Assembly (NCBI GenBank): GCA_951406725.2
Contig: OX597816.1
Coordinates: 25,296,001 to 25,360,000, forward strand
Length of the DNA: 64,000 bases
Reading direction: 5' to 3'
Origin: Octopus vulgaris
Taxonomy: Eukaryota
Both the position numbers and the translations under genes were made by a program. The notes beneath the pieces were generated by a model. It was not told where the DNA came from. It ran no database searches and was given only the letters and a program-made list of their open reading frames with translations. Below are positions 57,393-64,000 of the stretch, one piece after another (positions within the stretch are counted from its first letter, which is position 1; every line of letters begins with the position of its first letter).

Positions 57393-59545
57393 CATACATA
57401 CATGCATACATGCATCCATGCATACATGCATCCATGCATACATGCATCCATGCATACATGCATACATGCATGCATCCATGCATACATGCTTACATACATA
57501 CATACTTACATACATACATACACACATACATACATACATACATAAAACATGCATACATACATACATACAAAATGCATACATAGATATATTTATGTCCATA
57601 TATACAAATACACACTTATATAGACATTCACTCAAATACACACAAGCTCAAATTCTAGCGCACACATACGCAAATATAAAATTTTATTTCAATATCAACA
57701 GATGCTTGTCATGGCCAACCTTGCAGAAATGGTGCCACATGTCTGAAAGTTGGCAGAGATTTCCAATGTATCTGCGCTCCAGGTTTCCGTGGTAAAACCT
57801 GTTCCGAATGTATGTGTACTCTTCTCTTTACAATCTCGTTTCTAAATGTCTTATTGTAACTAAGATAAACATGTTTTCAGGACAGAAGAAATAGAATGAA
57901 AAAGGATAGAAACATTGTGTTTCGTAAAACTATTAAAGAAATCGTGCAATAAAAGAGAAACATGAACCGGCGTAGTTACCAACTTTATCACTAGATAAGT
58001 TGACTAAGGAAAATGAATTATAATATGTCTTATGATTTCTGAAATATCGAAATATATGAGTACTAAATTGTTTATTAAGAAGGCGAGAATTCAAGTATGC
58101 ATTCGCTGATAAGAGCGTGAGTCATAATATGATGTGAATAACTATTACATTATTACGTATATATATATATACAAAACTTAGAGGACTGGCCACTAAAAGC
58201 GGACAGCTTATATGCTAGATATAGACAGCAAAATCGCAATTTTTACGGCTATAGCCCTGGGAAAAGTGAATAAAAATCTTGCGATGTACATGGAGCAAAT
58301 AACGACCGCAATAAATGAGGAACACTTGCAGAAAACAGCATTGCTTGGAACTGCTCGAATACTCCGGATGTCGCTGGAAAAGTAAGAAAGTGAGGTGGAT
58401 GGTAATGGGTATGAGGTAGATGATGGTGGTGGGTGTAACGACGACGATGATGATGATAGACGAATATTCTAAATATACATTTCACATATGTTGTTGTTTT
58501 CGAAGCATTATTCAGGCGCTTATAATATAATGTTTACAAGTTTACATAATGAATATTTTCAGCTTCGAAACCATGTATATGTAAAGTGTCTGGTGACCCT
58601 CACTATGGAACGTTCGATGGACAAATGATACATTTCATGGGCACATGCAAATATACACTGGCTACTACTAAGAACGGATCGAATAATACCTACTTTTCTG
58701 TTGAAGTAAAGAACGAACACCGAGCGAATAACCGTGTATCTTACACACGTTTAGTGGATGTCAAACTCACTGGTTTCACAATTCGTCTGTTGCCAGCTAA
58801 CAAAATCTTGGTACGTATATTTTGTCTCTCTTCACTCTATACTTGTGTAAATGTGTAATAACCACCCATAATATTATTTTGCAGGTTGAGTTGTATTTTC
58901 GAATGTCACGCATTCATGATTAAAAAATCACTGTTACCAAGAAATCAATCGAAGATATAATGCTATGAAACAAATTTAAATTGTAGATTTTGAATAAAAA
59001 TTGAATATGGAAGTAAATCAAAGACGTAATCGTAGTATTTAACATTTGAAATCAATAACGTAATACTGAATATATTTACGTATTAAAATAAGTATAAAAT
59101 CATTAATAAATTGTAGAATTAATCACTGTTAGTAAAATATGATTAATGACGGATTTTAACGTTTGTCAAACAAATGAACATAAGAGACCCTCTTCAATCG
59201 GTGAGATGCTAACAAACTGTTTTTCAGCGTGTCGGATGTAAACTCGTCAGTAGCTGAAAAAAAGGGCTTCTTATTTCCAATTGTTATCACTCCCACAAGA
59301 GTAATTCATAGACATTTGAGTGTTTTACTTTAAAGTTCTCAAAGCCCTTCAAGTGTGATACATGAAAGGATCTATCAACATCTATTACGTAACATCATAA
59401 ACGAAGGGTGTAAACATTAGCGATAGGCATTTTTGTCTTTCAGAAGATGTTGACACGAAGGCGTGTCAATTGCATTATAATTCCTATCCCCTTAAGTATA
59501 TTCAAAGGTGACCAAATTATAAAGAGAGCCAAATGTGTTGTAGCA

Positions 59546-59596
<51 letters not shown>

Positions 59597-62500
59597 TGGT
59601 GAGAGTTGTTTATGTCGACGCTCAGCTAAACGGTTCAGCAAAGACAGCCAATAGGGCAGGTACTAGATAATAAGTAGATGTACGTGGGTGGATTTGCTCC
59701 GGTAAACTTTTCAAGGAGGTGTCCCAGCATAGCTAAAGTCCAATGAGGGAAACAAGTAAAATACTAAAAATAATACATGCATTATATATAAAAAAATAAT
59801 ACTTGATTTGCATACCTGTCCTATTTTCTTGAATTTAATTTTCAGATAAATTCAGAAGAGAAATCGTTACCTGTAAATTATAAAGAGTTTTCAGCCACGT
59901 ACTCTGTCGGGTGGATTACAGTTACCACTAAATGGGGTTTGAAGATCATGTTTGATGGTAGACACAGAGTCACTGTTACATTACCACCAATATTTGCCGA
60001 TCAACTGACTGGAATCTGTGGAGATTGTAACGGAGAAAAAGATGACTTCCGTACAAAATCTGGTGAAGATGTTTCTCAGAAAGCAAATAAATTTTCTTTA
60101 ATTGGTGCCAGTTACCAAGTTGAAGATGACAGTGATAAACCCGAAACAAAGTAATGATTATTTTCTTTCTCAAACTCCAAAATCAAGAATAAAAAATATG
60201 TAAATTGTTGATAGTATTTTAAATGCCACAAGAAATATGTAAAAGTATTATGTTTAAATATGAAGCTTTAGCTGTTTTCACGTTAATCTGTGATTATTCA
60301 CATTATTTACATTGGACGGATATGTGTCCTGATTTTGTTTGTTGTTACCACAACGTTTCCGTAGAAGTTTAAACCTTGGTATCTCGTTACAAAGATATCT
60401 TTTGCTGATGTTGTTGTTGTTATCATTATTAGTATTATTATTCAAATGAATTGAACTCGCAACTTGGAGGTAGTAGCCCTCGCTCTTAACCATTACGCTA
60501 TATGCCCATGGGCAGTTATTGTTGTTGATTATGTGCTACGTATGTCAGTTGATACCATCTCTGGCAAGGGCTTGAAATAAAACCAAGAAGAAGTTCCAGA
60601 CACCCAGCTGAGTACTTGACAGACACAGACTTTGCTGACGACAATGCTCTTATCAGTGATTCTCTCTCCAATGCCCAGTCTCTTTTACAATCTCTTGAAC
60701 AAGCCTCAAATTGTGTAGGTCTTTACCTCAATGAGGCCAAAACTGAATACATAAACAAGTGCCTGTCCAACAGTGATTGCATCATCCATACTCTCAACAA
60801 CGCGCCCTTAAATATGGTCTCTGATTATAAATATCTTGGGTCATACATATCATCATCTGGAAAAGATTTCCAACTATAAAGGGTATGGCCTGGTCAGCCT
60901 GTAATGACATGCATAAGATCTGGTCATCAAATCTAAGTAGAGACTTCAAACTTGAAATATTCAAAGCCACAGTCGAACAAATTCTAATATATGGCTCAGA
61001 AACCTGGACGTTATCAAAGAAGCTTGAGAGGCGGTTGGATGGAACCTACACTCGCCTCCTTATGAGAGCTCAAAATCTCTCGTGGAAGCGCCATCCAACC
61101 AAAATGCAAATATATGGGAAATTACCACCTGTGTCATCTCTTGTGAAAGGTAGGAGAGTCTAGTTTGCTGGACATTGTTGTAGAGCTGAAAAAGAAGTAA
61201 TTTCTACTCTTCTCCTCTGGAAGCCATCTACTCGCAATACCAGAGGGCGCACACTCTCCTACCCTGATGTAATCTCCAGGGATACAGGCATCCAGCAACA
61301 GGACCTCCGTAATGCCATGATGGACCGTGAAGTCTGGCGTAGCATGGTAAATTCCATTGTCTCGACCACGGTCGAACAATGATGATGATGATGAGTTATT
61401 GAGTCAGTTTTAGGGGTTATAAAACTAATATAGAACAGTTAATGAGTGAGCTGGCAGAATGTTTAGAGCGTGGCAAAAATGATTAGCGGCATTCCCTTGG
61501 GTTCCTTATGTTCTGAATTCGGGGTCGATAAAATTACCAGTCAAATACTAGGTCGATGTAATCGATTAGCGCCCCATACCGATAAACGGCTGGTAATATT
61601 TGAAAGTATGGTTATGTAAGGTGGTCAGCCATAAATAAAAATAGTTTCCTTTACGGCACACATCAAAATGTTTAGTATTATTTCTGTCGGCTTTTTGCGC
61701 TCTGCGTTGAAACGTTGACGAAAACATCTTTGATTTTCATCCGTGCAGACTCGATAAAGGAAGTAGAAATTGAGCTGGAACCGACTTACTCCATCCTCTC
61801 AAACCTCAGATTTTGTGTCTGTCGTAGAAAGAATTATTTATGCTTTAACTTTGAAAGTTTTCAGTCAAAGCGGAAGAGATGTGTTACGGAATTTCGGCCG
61901 AGGTCGACTTTGCCTTTCATACTTTCAGGGTCGATACATTAAGTACCAGTTGCATAATGGAGTCGATTTAATCGATTGGCCCCTTGTCCAAATATTTCGG
62001 GCCTTGTACCTAGAGTAGAGAAAGAATTGGATTGTTCTGAACGAGCTGACCTACGATCAAAGAATGCGCGCATGTGTGATTTACATATGGTTTGTATATC
62101 TGTATCTGTTTTTATATATAAGGCAAGAAATGAGTTAACAATTTTAGATGATTTGGTAAGATTTTAGATGTAGGGAATATTTGACATCTGAAATTTTGTT
62201 GTACATCAGACCTTAATTAAAGTAGAGAGATGTGAATCATAATTGATTAACTCCCCAGTAAGTTTTTACTCAGAAAATACGCATGGTTTCTAGTCATACA
62301 TCATAACAATTATTCTTAACTTCATCATTTCGCTTTCTATTTTTATTTTCAGATGCAAAGTGAATGATGTTAATTCGACTTGTTCAAAGGAGCAGACAAA
62401 AGAATGTGATTTCATGAATGACAAAATCTTTGAAGCCTGCATTGAAAAGATCGGAGCTTCGCATCTAGAAGAATACTTGGAGTCTTGTAGAATCGATGTC

Positions 62501-63758
62501 TGTAGTTATCACAATGATCCTACGAACCACCACTCTGTTTTCTGTCGAATCATTGAAGGTTTTGCTACAGAATGCGAAACTGTGGGAATTTTCGTTAATT
62601 GGAGAGAAATATCACAATGCCGTAAGATTTACTGATTGTTTACATTCCTCTAAGAACATGATAAATGGCGCATTACATCTTGATGTATCAGAGATGAAAT
62701 TTTGTCGAATTACATCTCAGTTCTTTGAGAGACTATAAAATAATATTTGGTAAATTCTTCGAATATATTGTTCGACTGTAGGATTCGAATTTGGACTTTT
62801 AGATAACACTAATTCATAAACTCAAGGAAAAACTTTCGATGTCTGATCAGTGAGTATACGGACTATTGCTATAGTAACGAAGCCAAAGCAAATATCTGGA
62901 CCACTCGTACATTTATGTGAAGTCCGTACACATTCTGCAACTTTCCGTCGACCTCTGACCTGGTATCACTATGACAACTTTCTCCGGCATGGTCAATGCG
63001 ACAATCATATGTTACACGCGTCCATTCCGAGAACTGCTGTAAACAGCAGAAGTTAGCTAGAACTTTAAGACTTCATGCGCATGCACAACCGAGTCGAACA
63101 CGTATTCTTGCCAAGCGGCTTCAGTCTACGTGGTTTAGCTTCGTTACAATCGGAGCAGTCCAGATACTTATTGATCAGATCTAGTATTACTGCATGTATA
63201 TAACGAAGCATAGAATTCTGAAATGCCTCCAAGTGCATAGCGTAAGAAATTTGCGAATATATTTAAGCCCTTTTTTAAACAAACCTTACTGAATACGCGA
63301 CAAAATTCTTCCTCGATATATTGTAGAGACTTGGTAGATTTGATTTGTATTTATTAGTATTTAAGTTGATTATTACTTTCGAATTAGATCCATCCCTGTT
63401 TCTTATACATAAATTTTCAGACAAATATTTGATATGTTGATTGATTCTCAAAACATTGCACTGAAGGTTTTCATATTATCGACATAGTTATTGTGTTCCT
63501 TGTAAATATTTTGCTATTTATAAGAAAATACCTGTTTGTTATGATTCTCCATTGTATTTTCTTCCAGCAACGAAATGCAAAGAAAATGAAGAATTCCAAT
63601 ACAAGACTAGCAGCTGCCAACCTTCGTGCGCTAATAGATCACCGAATTGCACAGGTTCCAGTCAAGGTTGTGTTTGTAGACAAGGCTTTATTCTGAGTGG
63701 TGAACAGTGTGTACCTGAAACAGAATGCGGCTGTATGGACAACAAGATATATATGAAG
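374..63758 (+). CDS. Multi-exon gene (partial at both ends): secreted mosaic protein (EGF)n>=12 - VWA - (VWD-C8-TIL-TILa-EGF)n>=5, FCGBP/zonadhesin/mucin-like
   Basis: All exons listed below have AG/GT borders and phase-compatible junctions (EGF 1-1, VWA 1-1, VWD-a 1-0, VWD-b 0-2, C8 2-1, TIL 1-0, TILa 0-1, EGF 1-1). Domain motifs were read by eye. No start or stop codon lies in the window. Confidence 0.88.
1635..1745 (+). CDS. EGF exon 2 (identical to exon 1)
   Basis: Same splice sites and sequence, 111 bp. Confidence 0.9.
2893..3003 (+). CDS. EGF exon 3
   Basis: Same splice sites and sequence, 111 bp. Confidence 0.9.
4153..4263 (+). CDS. EGF exon 4 (variant H5Q, R33S)
   Basis: CAT>CAA and AGA>AGT relative to the other copies; splice sites intact. 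Confidence 0.9.
5413..5523 (+). CDS. EGF exon 5
   Basis: Same splice sites and sequence. Confidence 0.9.
6672..6782 (+). CDS. EGF exon 6
   Basis: Same splice sites and sequence. Confidence 0.9.
7932..8042 (+). CDS. EGF exon 7
   Basis: Same splice sites and sequence. Confidence 0.9.
9191..9301 (+). CDS. EGF exon 8
   Basis: Same splice sites and sequence. Confidence 0.9.
10451..10561 (+). CDS. EGF exon 9
   Basis: Same splice sites and sequence. Confidence 0.9.
11710..11820 (+). CDS. EGF exon 10
   Basis: Same splice sites and sequence. Confidence 0.9.
12952..13065 (+). CDS. Diverged EGF exon 11, (L)[37 protein letters not shown]
   Basis: Acceptor shifted 3 nt upstream (ATACAG|TGATA) and donor GTAAGT; 114 bp, in frame. 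Cys2>Phe and a new Cys before Cys6; may be degenerate or skipped. Confidence 0.55.
13993..14172 (+). mobile_element. tRNA-derived SINE fragment (same family as 17340-17575)
   Basis: TTAGCACGCCGAACGAAATGC...GAGGTCAATAAATTAAGTACCAGTTG shared with the 17340 copy. Confidence 0.7.
14424..14960. mobile_element. Probable Penelope-like element terminal fragments between (TA)n runs
   Basis: 39-bp inverted repeat (14522-14560/14665-14703) and a hammerhead-like motif at 14874-14915 on the minus strand; family assignment is inference. Confidence 0.4.
15008..15181 (+). mobile_element. Degenerate RTE-type LINE 3' end with (GAT)n tail
   Basis: WFDNVKDWT-like remnant followed by ~15 GAT units. Confidence 0.5.
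15365..15475 (+). CDS. EGF exon 12, (F)[36 protein letters not shown]
   Basis: CACTAG|TCGAT...ACAT|GTAAGT; 111 bp, all 6 Cys present. Confidence 0.9.
16499..16696. repeat. Perfect 198-bp palindrome centred on (TA)n
   Basis: ATCGAGAAGTATTATG...CATAATACTTCTCGAT; C16571 pairs with G16624, and the arms match base by base. Confidence 0.93.
16739..17311 (+). CDS. VWA (von Willebrand A / I-domain) exon
   Basis: TTTTAG|TTTCA...AATG|GTAAGT; 573 bp, phase 1-1. [12 protein letters not shown] (DxSxS MIDAS), GGWTHT, VVITDG, IFAIGVG, with flanking Cys pair. Confidence 0.93.
17340..17575 (+). mobile_element. Full-length tRNA-derived SINE with 12-bp TSD GTATTTATATAA
   Basis: GGCGGCGAGCTGGCAGAA head (A-box-like), GAGTTCAAATTCC (B-box-like); TSD at 17328-17339 and 17576-17587; empty site preserved at ~19667-19690. 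Confidence 0.85.
18538..18683 (+). pseudogene. Truncated dead VWD-a exon ([28 protein letters not shown])
   Basis: Own acceptor TTTCTTTCTCCAG; TGC>TGA at 18621-18623. Homology to the VWD-a exons stops at ~18683, where the sequence joins a LINE 3' end; no donor. Confidence 0.8.
18684..18826 (+). mobile_element. 3' end of the R4/Dong-like LINE, copy of 32068-32213
   Basis: CAGCAAACCACAGCACATACCCAAGGCAC...AAGACTACTG(AAT)n matches 32118-32213. Confidence 0.75.
19014..19261 (+). CDS. Module 1 VWD exon a ([14 protein letters not shown]...NKIL)
   Basis: TTTCAG|CT...TTG|GTACGT; 248 bp; SGDPHYxTFDG...[12 protein letters not shown] signature. Confidence 0.88.
19528..19773 (+). pseudogene. Intronic duplicate of the VWA exon 3' end and its downstream intron
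   Basis: Near-identical to 17177-17327 joined to 17588-17685, i.e. without the SINE. Confidence 0.85.
19778..19990 (+). mobile_element. 3' fragment of a CR1/L2/Jockey-type LINE
   Basis: Translates [21 protein letters not shown], a typical LINE C-terminus; absent from the other modules. Confidence 0.5.
21281..21585 (+). CDS. Module 1 VWD exon b
   Basis: TTTCAG|ATA...ACAAA|GTAAG; 305 bp; [18 protein letters not shown]. Confidence 0.88.
22004..22580 (+). mobile_element. Cluster of old tRNA-SINE remnants (paralogs in the same intron of modules 2-5)
   Basis: GAGCTGGCAGAAT, GGGTCGATAAAATTACCAGT and TTGCCTTTCATCCTTTCAGGGTCGATACATTAAGTACCAGTTG resemble the 17340 SINE. Confidence 0.6.
22924..23191 (+). 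CDS. Module 1 C8-domain exon with a 1-bp deletion (frameshift near 23050)
   Basis: 268 bp versus 269 bp in modules 2-5; TACTTGAGTCTT versus TACTTGGAGTCTT. Confidence 0.7.
23410..23757. mobile_element. Tc1/mariner-type MITE (~348 bp); paralogs at 36773-37120, 46303-46650, ~53093-53440 and 62837-63184
   Basis: TIRs TCTGATCAGTGAGTATCCGGA / TCCGGATACTTATTGATCAGA, subterminal GTAACGAAGC / GCTTCGTTAC, TA on the right flank, no coding capacity. Confidence 0.75.
24148..24338 (+). CDS. Module 1 TIL exon
   Basis: TTCCAG|CG...AAG|GTAAAA; 191 bp; [28 protein letters not shown]. Confidence 0.87.
24729..24912 (+). CDS. Module 1 TILa/EGF-like exon ([16 protein letters not shown]...CGENSHC...CVC...KCVHT)
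   Basis: CTGCAG|GTT...ACTG|GTGAGT; 184 bp. Missed by the ORF track. Confidence 0.85.
25640..25960. repeat. Compound (CA)n/(TA)n/(CATA)n microsatellites (also 14342-14422, 16155-16345, 17771-17960, 20461-20561, 40556-41030, 48330-48630, 57005-57585)
   Basis: Direct reading of the sequence. Confidence 0.95.
26051..26158 (+). CDS. Module 1 EGF exon ([36 protein letters not shown])
   Basis: CAACAG|AT...GAAT|GTATGT; 108 bp, phase 1-1. Confidence 0.87.
28575..30479 (-). CDS. 634-aa ORF of the LTR element with remnant pol motifs and no RT catalytic core
   Basis: [24 protein letters not shown] resembles SPW..RFCVDYR.LN; [24 protein letters not shown] resembles WP.P.T.KELRSFLG...YYRR. No YxDD, RNase H or integrase is recognisable. 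Confidence 0.6.
   Translation of the reverse strand: MDLSGCQTEDGEISLALTVKMLRGQMAQTDAFMERMDKRRQGLWADQRELEVADGSALEDRCWTGDSDGLVGRDCPSNEASSETDSEGSVEEPGLVAEICDAVPKKSCDLEPVEVEVTKRPVEGVMADAVVPCLEPLASRPLSLGARDEELARSGADVAESGVPALCVMVAAGVVQCAGPLVSGPLSLGAQNDCMVPTVERPQAWMEWRPSVRVVRPSVQRLERKRTRPVDEARRLRTVVGPPRPGRLLQRWVSFVVDGCLGPVEPDRQCIVKARLRVGWTLVEAEAGGALAGSADLLEVAQAICGRQIEESCLMANQWWGQSCRYGNAVEGVGGPLMQLRKRSARSRWCLIGTWVSSVFDGCVGPVEPDRQCGARAQLRGGWTLVEAEADRALVGSADLLKAAQAICRGQIVELRRTVNQRRGQFCRCSDAVKGDRGPLMQLRKKQPLVRSAGRWSRRLSDVGRANLAECFVGQGGRRLRKQRGRRKVTVQQRKRRYRRRGTVEKRNGPWSSAIIARNEGGTARCYVGYRALRKVATVKNWPDPACVRDLRNFLGRCAYCRRLVGSLAALAEVLPKPQREGVNLWLVLKWWPWEVRPPEEKPPKGTSSSWNVCWSSPSEVRVCYAFVGSTKLR
30516..30533 (-). 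promoter_or_regulatory. Primer-binding site complementary to the tRNA-Leu 3' end
   Basis: Minus strand TGGTGTCAGAAGTGGGAT, 2 nt from the 5' LTR; complement of ...AUCCCACUUCUGACACCA. Confidence 0.88.
32411..32658 (+). CDS. Module 2 VWD exon a
   Basis: Paralog of 19014-19261, 248 bp, GDPH intact. Confidence 0.88.
33396..34778 (+). mobile_element. 5'-truncated RTE-clade LINE with an open RT ORF and (TGA)n tail
   Basis: [50 protein letters not shown]; empty site GTGATATATA at ~42994 in module 3. Confidence 0.92.
34928..35232 (+). CDS. Module 2 VWD exon b
   Basis: 305 bp, AG/GT intact. Confidence 0.88.
36287..36555 (+). CDS. Module 2 C8 exon
   Basis: 269 bp, open: [10 protein letters not shown]...[12 protein letters not shown]...WREISQC. 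Confidence 0.88.
37385..37575 (+). CDS. Module 2 TIL exon
   Basis: 191 bp, AG/GT intact. Confidence 0.88.
38014..38197 (+). CDS. Module 2 TILa/EGF-like exon
   Basis: 184 bp, AG/GT intact. Confidence 0.85.
38653..40303 (-). mobile_element. Tc1 transposon with a frameshifted transposase
   Basis: TA flanks; TIRs CACT..GTCGGAAATTAATTAG / CTAATTAATTTCTGAC..AGTG; HTH, GRKR, TDESRF, QQDN and SPDLN motifs; empty site at ~25370. Confidence 0.92.
41148..41255 (+). CDS. Module 2 EGF exon
   Basis: 108 bp, AG/GT intact. Confidence 0.87.
41735..41831 (+). mobile_element. Short old R4/Dong-like LINE C-terminal remnant (also ~50255-50349 and ~58290-58385)
   Basis: Translates [21 protein letters not shown]. 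Confidence 0.55.
42009..42256 (+). CDS. Module 3 VWD exon a
   Basis: 248 bp, GDPH intact. Confidence 0.88.
43285..43589 (+). CDS. Module 3 VWD exon b (G>C substitution: MFDCRH)
   Basis: 305 bp, AG/GT intact. Confidence 0.88.
43961..44832 (+). mobile_element. Shorter 5'-truncated RTE LINE copy with TSD AGTTATTG
   Basis: Matches ~33905-34778; TSD at 43953-43960 and 44833-44840; frameshifts present; empty site at ~21954. Confidence 0.92.
45815..46083 (+). CDS. Module 3 C8 exon
   Basis: 269 bp, open. Confidence 0.88.
47037..47227 (+). CDS. Module 3 TIL exon
   Basis: 191 bp. Confidence 0.88.
47666..47849 (+). CDS. Module 3 TILa/EGF-like exon
   Basis: 184 bp. Confidence 0.85.
48748..49633 (+). 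mobile_element. Penelope-like element fragment (RT thumb/linker region)
   Basis: [49 protein letters not shown] motifs with Asn-rich spacers; unique to module 3. Confidence 0.7.
49674..49781 (+). CDS. Module 3 EGF exon
   Basis: 108 bp. Confidence 0.85.
50525..50772 (+). CDS. Module 4 VWD exon a
   Basis: 248 bp, [11 protein letters not shown]. Confidence 0.88.
51630..51937 (+). CDS. Module 4 VWD exon b (in-frame +3 nt, LPVRNY)
   Basis: 308 bp, frame preserved. Confidence 0.88.
52606..52874 (+). CDS. Module 4 C8 exon
   Basis: 269 bp, open. Confidence 0.88.
53834..54024 (+). CDS. Module 4 TIL exon
   Basis: 191 bp. Confidence 0.88.
54463..54646 (+). CDS. Module 4 TILa/EGF-like exon
   Basis: 184 bp. 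Confidence 0.85.
55104..56753 (-). mobile_element. Tc1 copy 2 at the paralogous site in module 4
   Basis: Nearly identical to 38653-40303 with the same lesions. Confidence 0.92.
57702..57809 (+). CDS. Module 4 EGF exon (DACHGQPC...)
   Basis: 108 bp. Confidence 0.87.
58563..58810 (+). CDS. Module 5 VWD exon a
   Basis: 248 bp, GDPH intact. Confidence 0.88.
59846..60150 (+). CDS. Module 5 VWD exon b
   Basis: 305 bp. Confidence 0.88.
60522..61393 (+). mobile_element. RTE copy at the paralogous site in module 5
   Basis: Same truncation point and TSD as 43961-44832; extra stop (CAG>TAG at ~61161). Confidence 0.92.
62353..62621 (+). CDS. Module 5 C8 exon
   Basis: 269 bp, open. Confidence 0.88.
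63568..63758 (+). CDS. Module 5 TIL exon (module continues past the window)
   Basis: 191 bp. Confidence 0.88.
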
Positions 63759-64000
63759 GTAAAATAGTGTATGAAAATTGTATACATAAACATACACGCG
63801 CGCGGTCACACACACAGACACACACATACACAGATAAAAATACATTGGGCTGTATAATAAATACTATTATGCATAAAAGATATAGATAGGTTATTGTTTA
63901 TTAAATTGATTAGTGGACATTTTTGTTGGTGTTTACTTTCGAACCGATCATCTGGTCACGACGTATACCTCCGTTATATAAAAGCTCTCTGTGTTCTACT

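Larger units (their letters stand above)
18684..64000 (+). repeat. Tandem intragenic segmental duplication, 5 modules of ~8-13 kb, with a ~16.55-kb dimeric higher-order period
   Basis: Exons and introns are alignable by eye. Offsets 41148>57702 and 42009>58563 are both 16,554 bp, and TE insertions are shared between alternate modules. Confidence 0.92.

Noticed and set aside
16029-57795. Many CV/YI/HT/MYVC-rich ORFs
   Set aside because: These are translations of (CA)n, (TA)n and (CATA)n microsatellites
374-63758. Assigning a gene symbol (FCGBP, ZAN, SSPO, Notch)
   Set aside because: Shared domains but a different architecture; orthology cannot be established from this window

Overview
AT-rich, microsatellite-laden animal genomic DNA. 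Its SINE/LINE/Penelope repeat content resembles an octopod cephalopod (inference). The whole window lies inside ONE large + strand intron-containing gene whose start and stop are outside the window. Reading GT-AG splice sites by hand gives this order. (i) At least 12 symmetric phase 1-1 EGF exons: 10 sit in a near-perfect ~1260-bp exon+intron tandem array (1-~13,075) and 2 are diverged edge copies. (ii) One 573-bp VWA exon with an intact MIDAS. (iii) At least 5 tandem six-exon modules (VWD-a, VWD-b, C8, TIL, TILa/EGF-like, EGF; 1305 nt = 435 aa each), each starting with a GDPH motif. The product is a mosaic secreted FCGBP/zonadhesin/mucin-like protein. Module 1 carries a 1-bp frameshift, and a dead truncated VWD exon plus a stray VWA-exon fragment sit at the VWA/VWD junction. 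Introns hold a Gypsy-type LTR element nested in an R4/Dong-like LINE, three RTE LINE copies, two Tc1 copies, a mariner-type MITE in each module, Penelope-like fragments, tRNA-SINEs and several perfect palindromes. Most ORFs in the supplied track are microsatellite or intronic noise. All domain and family calls come from motif recognition, not from database searches.
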